This document shows, piece after piece, positions 1 to 8,401 of a DNA stretch of 64,000 nucleotides. Origin of the DNA: Tepidisphaera sp. (GTDB lineage: Bacteria > Planctomycetota > Phycisphaerae > Phycisphaerales > UBA1924); the NCBI GenBank assembly GCA_050916045.1, contig CP051526.1, forward strand, positions 96,001 through 160,000, given 5' to 3'. The notes beneath the pieces were generated by a model that was not told the origin of the DNA, searched no databases, and was given only the letters and a program-made list of their open reading frames with translations. Position 1 is the stretch's first letter, and each line of letters starts with the position of its first letter. The translations under genes and the position numbers were made by a program.

Positions 1-825
1 CGCGAGCGAGTCGGCGCCCTCGGCGATCTTGGCCAGCATCGGAGCGAGGTCGTCGGGCTTGCATTCGAAGAAGTCCGCGACGGTGATCAGCGACCGGAGT
101 TCGTTCTCTCCGGTATCGCCGCCGAGGGTTTCGGCGATGACCATCCCGATCCAGACGGCGCGGGCCAGCGGCTTCACCGAGCTGTCGGCCGTCGTCTGGT
201 CGTGGTGGTGCTCGATCGCGCGGGCGAGGTGCTCGGGCAGTCGCCACTTGCGGGCGAGAGCCGCCCCGACCATGGCGTGGTCGAACCCGAGCGTCCCGCG
301 CTCGCGTGCGGGGAGGTGTTCGTGGGAGAGTTTGAAGTCTCCGAGCACGGCCGCGTACTGCTCGGGGAGCGAAACGATGCACGCCATCATCCCGATGTCC
401 TGGAGCATCGCGGCGGTGAAAGCCTCGTCCGGATCGCACGTGCCGGTCGTGGATGCGACGTGTCGGGAAGCGGCGGCGGCGTACACGGCGCGGCGCCAGT
501 GTCTCGTCAGATCAAGACCCATGTCGCCCGGAACGCCCTTGGTCCCTTCCACCAGCGTGAAGCCCAGGACCAGAGCTTTGATCGTGTTGAGGCCGAGCAT
601 CGCCAGCGCGCGATCGATCTTCGAGCACGGCGCGGGCAATCCGAAGAAGCTCGAGTTCACCGTCCGCAGGACCTTCGCGGAGAGCGATGGGTCGGCCTGG
701 ACCAGCTTGGCGAGCTTGGCGACCGTGACGTTGGGATCCCGCGTCAGTTCGAGAACCTGCACCGCGACCGCGGGCAGTGTGGGCAGGTTGGGGCATGACA
801 CAACACGATCGATGGACAGGGCCAT
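1..825 (-). CDS. HDOD domain-containing signalling protein, 3' end runs off the window
   Basis: Not in the ORF track because it is open-ended. Manual translation from ATG at 825 gives MALSIDRVVSCPNLPTLPAVAVQVLELTRDPNVTVAKLAKLVQADPSLSAKVLRTVNSSFFGL...DRALAMLG, the classic HDOD N-terminus (LPTLP...DPxLxAKVLxxVNS). Confidence 0.85.
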   Translation of the reverse strand, partial: MALSIDRVVSCPNLPTLPAVAVQVLELTRDPNVTVAKLAKLVQADPSLSAKVLRTVNSSFFGLPAPCSKIDRALAMLGLNTIKALVLGFTLVEGTKGVPGDMGLDLTRHWRRAVYAAAASRHVASTTGTCDPDEAFTAAMLQDIGMMACIVSLPEQYAAVLGDFKLSHEHLPARERGTLGFDHAMVGAALARKWRLPEHLARAIEHHHDQTTADSSVKPLARAVWIGMVIAETLGGDTGENELRSLITVADFFECKPDDLAPMLAKIAEGADSLA

Positions 826-1000
826 TCGAACCTTTCTCTCGCATCCCCGGATGGATGTTCTTCTCACTCCCGGAAGCCCGCGGCCTCCGTGCCCGATAGA
901 TCGTCAGCCGCTCCGTCTCACTTCAGGATTCATGGGGTGGATTCCCCATATCCCGGCATTCCTTGGGGTTGCGGTGTGGCGGAGAAGCGACAGGCCAATA

Positions 1001-1028
1001 ACAAGGACCCCGTCGCCGGGGTCCTTGT
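1001..1028 (-). terminator. Probable intrinsic terminator of the lipoprotein gene
   Basis: Inverted repeat ACAAGGACCCC/GGGGTCCTTGT about 25 nt after the stop at 1053; the minus-strand tail is T-rich (TTGTTATT). Confidence 0.6.
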
Positions 1029-1052
1029 CGATGCTCGAAAGATGCGTGACGC

Positions 1053-1514
1053 TTACTTCACGGCTTCGGCGAGCTTGCCCGCCGCGTCGGTGAACGCCTT
1101 GAGCGACGCTTCGGCCGCGGTCTTGGCGCTCTCCCAGGTGGAGGAGGTCTTGAAAGCGTCGAACTTGGCCGCGAGGTCCTCATAAGCCTTCTTGGCGCCC
1201 TCGACCAGCGGGGTGGCCGCGGTCTTCTTGGCGATGTCGGTCAAGCCCTCGGCTTTCTTGGTGAGCTCGTCGAGCTGGGCTTTCGCCGCGTCGACCTGCG
1301 GTTTCATCGCTTCGACCGCTTTGTCGCGGAGAGCGGCGGCGCCGTCGGCGACCTTTTCCTTCACGGCGTCGGCGGCGCCCTTGGTGGCGTCACCCACGGA
1401 CTTGCCGGCGTCCTTGACGGCGTCGGCAGCGCCCTTCGCCGGAGCCTTCTTCTCCTCGCAGCCCGCCACCATCGCCAGACCCGCCACCAGAACGATCCCC
1501 ATGAACTTGTTCAT
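1053..1514 (-). CDS. Ala/Lys-rich helical lipoprotein
   Basis: Signal peptide with lipobox (MVAG-C) followed by amphipathic KGAADAVK-type repeats. Confidence 0.75.
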   Translation of the reverse strand: MNKFMGIVLVAGLAMVAGCEEKKAPAKGAADAVKDAGKSVGDATKGAADAVKEKVADGAAALRDKAVEAMKPQVDAAKAQLDELTKKAEGLTDIAKKTAATPLVEGAKKAYEDLAAKFDAFKTSSTWESAKTAAEASLKAFTDAAGKLAEAVK

Positions 1515-1639
1515 CGCGATTCCTTTTCACTTCGACGCTCCCGGGTCTCAAAGGACCGCAACTGGGGCATCGCCGCAGGATTCTAGGAGTTTCCGGGCCT
1601 GTGATTTCAGTTTGATAGGAATGTGTAAGGTAAAGACCG

Positions 1640-3610
1640 TCATTCGTTCGGACGGGGCTCGGCTTCGGCGACGATGCCTTCCTGGAAAGCTTGCACGAGG
1701 ACTTCGAGGTCCGCGATGGTCCGTTGGATGCGGTGTCCCGCCGAAGACCGGCCGACGGTCATGGGCTGCTTGTAGCTTCGGATGGGTGTCACCTCGGGCA
1801 CCATGTCCGCACCGGCGGAGATGACGTGGTGGACGCCCCGGAAAGCTGAGTGCTCAGCCAGGTCGATGCCGTCGGGATGGAGGACCAGGGTGTACCCGCG
1901 GTCTCCGTAAGCTTCGGAGAATGCGCCGTCGATCGTGATGGCGTTGCCGCCCTTCTTCAGCGGCTGTTCGCCCTTCTCGATCTTGACGGGGACGTGACCG
2001 TTGACAATGAGCACGTCCTCTCCCACGCCGAAGAGCGCTCCGATGCGTTTGACGAAGTCGGCGTCATGAAGGAGGTCGAAGTACGGATTCTTGTGCTCCT
2101 TGTGCGTGGCTTTGTCGGCCACGAAGGCGGATTCGAAGGTCGTGATCTTGTCCTTGCCGAAAAGCGGCGAGAGGGGCCCGCCCCACATGTACCAGACCCA
2201 GTCCGCGTCCGAGTCGAGGGCGAGCCAGCGCTTCCGCATCGCGCGGCGGACGATGGATCCCAGCGCATCCATCAGTTCGCGGCCGGAAAGGTCGCGACCC
2301 TCGACGCGCAGCGATGCCGGGTTGCCCGCCGCGTCTACGGGGACGCACGCGTGGAACAGGAGCACCTCGTCGCGGGTGGTCCACATCCCGCCGCGGCGGA
2401 CCATCCACTGCATGTGCTGACGGAGCTTCATGGACCGCGTGAAGGACTCCCGCATGCGGTCGACGCAGGCCTGCTCGTCGGGCGAGTAGGCGTACGGGTC
2501 CGCCGGATCGATCGTGGGAAGGTGCTCATCGAGCATCGGATGGACGACGCCGTCGATCTCGACGGAGACGGCGCGTCCGTTCTCGAACTTGATCCTGTGG
2601 AGCAGCCGGCGGTGGTCGAGGTTCCACTCGGGGTGCCGCTGGATCATGCGGCCCTCGGCTTTGAACTGCATGATCGCGACGGCTTTCTGCATCCTGGCGA
2701 CGGTGAGGGTGTCGCGGAATCCTTCGCCCTTGGGGAGGAACTTCTCGGCGGGATCGTTGGCGTAGACGTCGCGGACGAGCTTCTCGATGGGCGCCATGAT
2801 GACGCCGTATCCCTCCTCAAGCTGCGAGAGCTTGCGGTATCGCAGGGAGAATCGGAGCATGGTGAGCATCGTTGGTTCGTGGCCGAGGTGGGCGCCGATC
2901 CAGAGCATGTCGTGGTTGCCCCAGATGACGTTGCACTTGGGCTGCCGCATCAAGGTGTCGATGACGCGGTCCATGCGCGGGCCGCGATCGCCCAGGTCGC
3001 CGATGACCAGAAGCTCTTCGCAGGAGAGATTGCGGATCAGCCTTGCCGCAGCGCGGACCGCGCCCCAGTCGCGGTCGTATCGGGCGAGTTCGGCCAGCAT
3101 CTCCTTGATGTAGTCGGGCCGTTCGGCGGTGCCGAGCTCGATGAAGAGCTCTCGGTAGGCGGTCGGGAGAAGCTTCTCGAAATGCTCGCGGCGGTACCGG
3201 CGCCGCAGGACGCGCATGATCTCGAATTGCATCGTGAGCGTGCGGAAGACCCACTCCGGACGCCGGCCGGAAGCGACGATCCGCTGGCTGAAAGCGTTGA
3301 TCGCTTCGCGCGGGTAGTACAGGACCGCGAGGAACTCGGCTTTCTCGGGCTCGGCGAGGCGGTCACCAAGGATCGAGTCGGCGAGGTGTCGAAGGGCGCC
3401 GGAGGCGTTGTTGATCACGTGGCGGAGCTTGGCGTCTTCGCCGTGCACGTCCGAGATGACGTGAACGAGCCCGCGAGGGAGCGCGAGGGTGGCGCGGAGC
3501 GCGGCCGCTTCGGAGATCGCGGCTTCGGCGGTGGGAAATCGCCCCGCGAGGGCGCGGAGGTGCGCGATGCGGTCGGCGGTGAAGGAAGCGTGGGGCTTGG
3601 CGGTGATCAT
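1640..3610 (-). CDS. fbp: Fructose-1,6-bisphosphatase class 3
   Basis: Motifs LPRGLVHVISDVHGE, GDLGDRGP, WGNHD, LFGKDKITTFE, NGHVPVK and IDGAFSEAY..GYTL. Start taken at MITAKP (3610). Confidence 0.85.
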   Translation of the reverse strand: MITAKPHASFTADRIAHLRALAGRFPTAEAAISEAAALRATLALPRGLVHVISDVHGEDAKLRHVINNASGALRHLADSILGDRLAEPEKAEFLAVLYYPREAINAFSQRIVASGRRPEWVFRTLTMQFEIMRVLRRRYRREHFEKLLPTAYRELFIELGTAERPDYIKEMLAELARYDRDWGAVRAAARLIRNLSCEELLVIGDLGDRGPRMDRVIDTLMRQPKCNVIWGNHDMLWIGAHLGHEPTMLTMLRFSLRYRKLSQLEEGYGVIMAPIEKLVRDVYANDPAEKFLPKGEGFRDTLTVARMQKAVAIMQFKAEGRMIQRHPEWNLDHRRLLHRIKFENGRAVSVEIDGVVHPMLDEHLPTIDPADPYAYSPDEQACVDRMRESFTRSMKLRQHMQWMVRRGGMWTTRDEVLLFHACVPVDAAGNPASLRVEGRDLSGRELMDALGSIVRRAMRKRWLALDSDADWVWYMWGGPLSPLFGKDKITTFESAFVADKATHKEHKNPYFDLLHDADFVKRIGALFGVGEDVLIVNGHVPVKIEKGEQPLKKGGNAITIDGAFSEAYGDRGYTLVLHPDGIDLAEHSAFRGVHHVISAGADMVPEVTPIRSYKQPMTVGRSSAGHRIQRTIADLEVLVQAFQEGIVAEAEPRPNE

Positions 3611-3674
3611 GGGTGGTCCCCTGGGTCGCGCGGGGGCGCGAGGACACGATGGTAGATGGGGAGGGGAAAAAAGA

Positions 3675-3705
3675 ACCGACGGCGACCCAGGGGATCGCCG
3701 TCGGT
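3675..3705 (-). terminator. Intrinsic terminator after the PEP-CTERM-like gene
   Basis: 11-bp stem ACCGACGGCGA/TCGCCGTCGGT followed on the minus strand by TCTTTTTT. Confidence 0.75.
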
Positions 3706-3735
3706 ACACCATCTGGAGTCAGACGTCAGAGCGGA

Positions 3736-4416
3736 TCAGCGGCGGCGGCGGGCCGCGGCGAGCACGCCCATGCCGAGCAGCGCCATCGTGCCCGGGGTGG
3801 GGATGATCTGATCCTGGACGCCGTTGGCCGACATCACGACGATGTCGTTGTTGCGTGGGCCGGTGCCGTCGATGGACGCGAGGTACGTTCCGGCGAGGGC
3901 GATGGCGGCGGCGTTGTCGTTGGTGAACTGTGCGGAGCCGGCGCTAAGGCTGAGCGAGCCGCTGGTCTCAAAGACGATCTCCCAGATGGAGAGTTGCATG
4001 GCGGCCGCGGCGTCGGCGGAAAGAACGGACCCGAAGGCGGGGCTGTAGTAGCGGCCGAAGAGCTCACGGACCTGGTCGGCCTTGGCGGCGCCCATCGGGC
4101 CGCTGCTGGGGGCGATTTCGAGCGAGACCACGTCGTAGCAGTAGTTGTTGCCGTTGCTGACGTGCTCGCTGAGCTCGGTGCAGAAGGACATGAAGTTGCC
4201 CTGTGCTCCGGAGTAGGTGCCGGAGGTGCGTGTCCAGTTGAAGAGCCCGGCGGAGCCGTAACCCTGCCAGTTGGCACCGCTGTTGAGCGAGTACTGGCCG
4301 CCCGAGCCGGGGCGGACGCCGTTGAAGGTGGCGCAGACCGTGTCAAAGCCGGCGTTCGCGCAGGAAGCGACGGCCGCGGCGCAGGCAGCGCCAAAAAGCG
4401 AAGTACGAATCATCAT
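3736..4416 (-). CDS. Secreted PEP-CTERM-like (exosortase target) protein
   Basis: Signal peptide; C-terminal IPTPG + hydrophobic helix + RRRR; FCTEL...QLSIWEI core typical of many PEP-CTERM proteins. Confidence 0.8.
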   Translation of the reverse strand: MMIRTSLFGAACAAAVASCANAGFDTVCATFNGVRPGSGGQYSLNSGANWQGYGSAGLFNWTRTSGTYSGAQGNFMSFCTELSEHVSNGNNYCYDVVSLEIAPSSGPMGAAKADQVRELFGRYYSPAFGSVLSADAAAAMQLSIWEIVFETSGSLSLSAGSAQFTNDNAAAIALAGTYLASIDGTGPRNNDIVVMSANGVQDQIIPTPGTMALLGMGVLAAARRRR

Positions 4417-4681
4417 GTCTCCCTCTCCAACAAAGTGACCAGCCTCCCCATCGAAAGCCCACGGCGACGCGCCGAGGGCCCCCGGTGGGGCCGAGCCAGT
4501 CCAACCAATTCAGGAGGGTGTCTCTCTCTCGCGGAGTCCTCTCCCAGACACCCGTTCCGCGGAAAGAAACGGGCATCCACAAAGAGAATACCGAGCCGGC
4601 CGTCGATTTCAATGCCGAATGCGCAAGAAGCGCGCAAAAAATAGGGGGGGGTCGATTCTAGGACGACCGGTTATAGGACTG

Positions 4682-5647
4682 TCAGTCGCGGAGCCGGTCG
4701 TTGGCGATCATCGCCGCGCCGAAGATTCCCGCGGTGTCCTCCAGCTGGCTTGCGACGACTTTCACCTGTTTGCAGCGGTCGGGGAACGCGATGGCTTTGG
4801 TGGATTTCTCGACCATCTCGACGAAGGGCTTGCCCAGCGCTTCGGTGAGTCCGCCGCCGATGACGACGCGTTCGAGCGACAGGAGGGTGACGACCCCTCC
4901 GATCTCGATGCCGAGGAGTTCGGCCGCGAAGTCAACGACCTCGTGAACGACCTCATCGCCGAGCTCGTAGGCCTTGGCGACCATGCTGCTCTTGATCTTG
5001 TCGTAGTCGCCTTCGCAGAGCTCGGTGATCTTGCTTTTGCGGTTGGCTTTGACGAGCCGGACGATCTGGTCGACAACGGCGGTGCGGGAGCAGTTGTGTT
5101 CGAGGCTTCGGTGGCCGGGGGGGTTGCCGGGCAGGGCGATGGTGTGTCCGATTTCTCCGGCGGTCATGAAATGGCCGTAGTAGAGGCCGCCGTTGAGGAT
5201 GAGTCCGCCGCCGATGCCGGTGCCGACCCAGACGCCGAGCATATTGCGGGATTCCTTGCCCGCGCCGATCTTGTGCTCTCCCCAGACGGCGACGTTGACG
5301 TCGTTGTCGAGGAAGACGGGGACGCCGAGCCTCTTGGAGAGGACTTCGGCGAGGGGGTAGTTTTTCCAGCGAAGGTTGACGGCTTCGAGGACGATCCCGG
5401 AGTCGGGGTCGACCGCGCCTGGGGCGCCGATGCCGACGGCTCCGATGTCCTTGAGGGTGATCTTGGCGAGGGATGCGGCTTCCCCGACCCCTTCGACGAT
5501 GCGGTCGATGACGGCGGCGGCACCGTCGCCGGCTTTGGTCTTGCGTTTGGACTGGCCGATCAGCTTGAGGTCGTGGCTGACGACGCCGATCTGCATGTTG
5601 GTGCCGCCGAGATCGATTCCGACGGCGGGCTTGGTGCTTTTGGCCAT
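4682..5647 (-). CDS. ROK family sugar kinase (glucokinase-like)
   Basis: Motifs GIDLGGT, DNDVN, GTGIGGG, AGEIGH and VIGGGL. Start at MAKSTK (5647). Confidence 0.9.
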   Translation of the reverse strand: MAKSTKPAVGIDLGGTNMQIGVVSHDLKLIGQSKRKTKAGDGAAAVIDRIVEGVGEAASLAKITLKDIGAVGIGAPGAVDPDSGIVLEAVNLRWKNYPLAEVLSKRLGVPVFLDNDVNVAVWGEHKIGAGKESRNMLGVWVGTGIGGGLILNGGLYYGHFMTAGEIGHTIALPGNPPGHRSLEHNCSRTAVVDQIVRLVKANRKSKITELCEGDYDKIKSSMVAKAYELGDEVVHEVVDFAAELLGIEIGGVVTLLSLERVVIGGGLTEALGKPFVEMVEKSTKAIAFPDRCKQVKVVASQLEDTAGIFGAAMIANDRLRD

Positions 5648-5854
5648 GGGCGGGGTCCTTCTGGTGGAGTGCGGACGGTAGGATCGGCCGAGAACCATCT
5701 TCAGGGCGAAATTGCCGATGGCGGGGCGGGAGGTGGCCGAATCCTCGGGTCGGCAGGTCCGGGAATCGCGGGTTCGCGGCAACCGGCGAAGAGATGACCG
5801 CGTACAGGCCTCGTACGCCGACAAACACGGTCTGTATCTGAAGGAGTCGCGACG

Positions 5855-8275
5855 ATGTTGGAACGATCCCGAGCGGTCTCTCTTCTGTCTGGAGCCGTGG
5901 CCGGCGCAAGCATGGCGGCCGCCCTTGTTGCTGCCGCCGGGATGGGCGGATGCGCGGCCCGGTCCGGCGATCCGGAAGTCACGGTGGTGTTCAACCGCCG
6001 GGACATTCAGCCCCCGATGGCGGTCAAGCCCGAGGGCTGGGTCATGAGCAAGCGCGAGAAGAAGCTCGGCCCGCCTCCCCCCGGACATCCCAAGATCGTT
6101 GGCGGTGCTGTCCCCGATTGGCAGCCCTTCGGCGATCGCGGCGGCGGGCTCAACTGGGTGTCGATCGGCCCCCGGCCGATCTCAAGCGAGGTCTGGTCCG
6201 GGGAGGGGAACGCTTCGGGCCGGGTGGCGAGCGTGGCGCCGCACCCGACGGATCCGAACACGGTGTACATCGCGGCCGCTTCGGGCGGGGTGTGGAAGAC
6301 GACCAACGGCGGCACCTCGTGGACGCCGATGTCGGACGGGCTTTCGACGTTGAACTCGGGGGCGATCGTCGTTCATCCGGCGGATCCGAACATGGTGATC
6401 CTGGGCACCGGTGAGCAGCCGACGGACTCCAACGGCGATGGGGTCTTCCGGTCGCTGGACGGCGGAGCGACCTGGGCGCGGATCGGCACGGCGGCGCAGG
6501 TTGGTTCTCAGATCGCCGAGATCGCGGTCCACCCGACCAACACGAACATCATCCACGTGGCGGGAAGCCGGGGGTACGTGCGGACGACCGACGGGGGCGC
6601 GACCTGGTCCCAGCGTCTGACCGGGACGTGCAACAGCGTGCGGATTGACCCGACCAACCCGGACACGCTTCTGATCGGGCGGAGCGGGCTGGGCGTCTAC
6701 CGGACGACCAACGGCGGCACGACGGTGACGCGGATCACGGCGGGTTTGCCGACGTCGGGCATCTCGGACACGCACGTGACGATCTGCGAGGGGACGCCGA
6801 GCGTCGCGTATGCGGCGATCCTCTCCTCCGGTGGCGGGTTGCAGGGGCTTTACCGGTCGGCGGACGGCGGCGTGACGTGGGCGGTCAAGCCTTCGACGCC
6901 GAACTTCTGCTCGCCGCAGTGCTGGTACGACGTCTATGTCGAGGTCGATCCGACGAACCCCAATCGCGTCTTCTGCGGCGGGGTGGATCCGCGGTACGCG
7001 GTGGCGGGCGTGATCCGCTCGACCAACGGCGGCGACACATGGACCGAGGTTTCCGCGTACAGCGGGGGGACGCTGCACCCGGACCATCACGACATGGGCT
7101 TTGGGCCTAGCGGGACGATCTGGGAAGCCAACGACGGCGGGGTGTGGAAATCGACCAACGGCGGAACGTCGTGGATCAACTGCAACTCGAATCTGGCGAT
7201 CAGCCAGCTTTACAACATCGTGGTGCACCCGAACTTCCCGGAGCGGATGCTCGGGGGGACGCAGGACAACGGGACTCCGGAGCGTGTGAGCGATTCGAGC
7301 ACATGGCCTCAGTTGCAATCCGGTGACGGTGGCTTCTCGGCGTACGACTACAGCGGGACGACGCGGCGGTACACGACGTACGTGTATCTGACGCTTTACC
7401 GCTGGAATTCCGGGAGCTCGCGGGACATCTCGGGTGATTGGGGGAGCGATCCGACGAACTGGATCAGCCCGGTGGTGGTGGACCCGACGACGCCGACGAC
7501 GCTTGTGGCTGGGACCAACCGCGTGTGGCGGACGACCAACGCGAGCGCGACCACGCCGACCTGGACGGCGGTCAGCACCAGCGCGGTGGGAGCCGGCGGG
7601 ACGATCAACGCTCTTGCGGTCGCGAAGACCAATTCGAGCGTGATCTATTCCGGATCGTCGACGGGCGATGTCTTTGTGACAACCAACGTGACGACGTGGA
7701 CGAATCGGTCCAGCGGGCTGCCCAACGGGGCGATCAGCGACATCATCGTCTCGCCGACGGATGCGGCGATGGCGTACGTGTCGTACTTCAACACTTCGGG
7801 GGGCCGGATCTGGAGGACGACCAACTCGGGCGTGACGTGGACGAACGTGACGGGCACGCTGCCGGACGGAGTGGGCGTGACGGCGATGGAGGTCGACTTT
7901 GGTCCGGCGGTTCCCGCGATCTACGCGGGGTACGGAGCGGGCCTTTACTGCTCGACCGACGGGGGCGCGACCTGGACCAGGAACAACGGGACCTTCCCGA
8001 ACGTCAACGTCGGGGATCTGACCATCGACCGGGCGCGGCGGACGATCGCGGCCGGGACGTACGGCCGCGGAGCGTGGCGGGCGAGCCTGCCGGCGGTCTG
8101 CCCCGCGGACTTCAACGGGGACGGGTTCATCGATTTCTTCGACTACGACGACTATGTCGGGTGCTTTGAGTCCGGTGTCTGTCCTGCCGGGCGGACCGCG
8201 GACTTCAATGGCGACCAGTTCGTCGACTTCTTCGACTACGACGCGTTCGTGGCTGCTTTCGAGGCCGGCTGCTGA
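5855..8275 (+). CDS. Secreted BNR/Asp-box beta-propeller (VPS10/GH74-like) protein with C-terminal GC-type dockerin
   Basis: Many S/TxDGGxTW repeats; SGRVASVAPHP, HPDHH, GGTQDNG, GTYGRG; ends CPADFNGDGFIDFFDY...FEAGC. Confidence 0.85.
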   Translation: MLERSRAVSLLSGAVAGASMAAALVAAAGMGGCAARSGDPEVTVVFNRRDIQPPMAVKPEGWVMSKREKKLGPPPPGHPKIVGGAVPDWQPFGDRGGGLNWVSIGPRPISSEVWSGEGNASGRVASVAPHPTDPNTVYIAAASGGVWKTTNGGTSWTPMSDGLSTLNSGAIVVHPADPNMVILGTGEQPTDSNGDGVFRSLDGGATWARIGTAAQVGSQIAEIAVHPTNTNIIHVAGSRGYVRTTDGGATWSQRLTGTCNSVRIDPTNPDTLLIGRSGLGVYRTTNGGTTVTRITAGLPTSGISDTHVTICEGTPSVAYAAILSSGGGLQGLYRSADGGVTWAVKPSTPNFCSPQCWYDVYVEVDPTNPNRVFCGGVDPRYAVAGVIRSTNGGDTWTEVSAYSGGTLHPDHHDMGFGPSGTIWEANDGGVWKSTNGGTSWINCNSNLAISQLYNIVVHPNFPERMLGGTQDNGTPERVSDSSTWPQLQSGDGGFSAYDYSGTTRRYTTYVYLTLYRWNSGSSRDISGDWGSDPTNWISPVVVDPTTPTTLVAGTNRVWRTTNASATTPTWTAVSTSAVGAGGTINALAVAKTNSSVIYSGSSTGDVFVTTNVTTWTNRSSGLPNGAISDIIVSPTDAAMAYVSYFNTSGGRIWRTTNSGVTWTNVTGTLPDGVGVTAMEVDFGPAVPAIYAGYGAGLYCSTDGGATWTRNNGTFPNVNVGDLTIDRARRTIAAGTYGRGAWRASLPAVCPADFNGDGFIDFFDYDDYVGCFESGVCPAGRTADFNGDQFVDFFDYDAFVAAFEAGC

Positions 8276-8401
8276 CAGCCCCGCGTCCGAGAAGCGCCGC
8301 AGCGTTTTGCGTCTGTAAGGCGTTTGCGTTACGGCGTCCGCGCGGTATTCTGCACGTTCGCGACGGCCTTTGGATGGGCTTCCGCGTTCGTGGAGAGAGT
8401 C

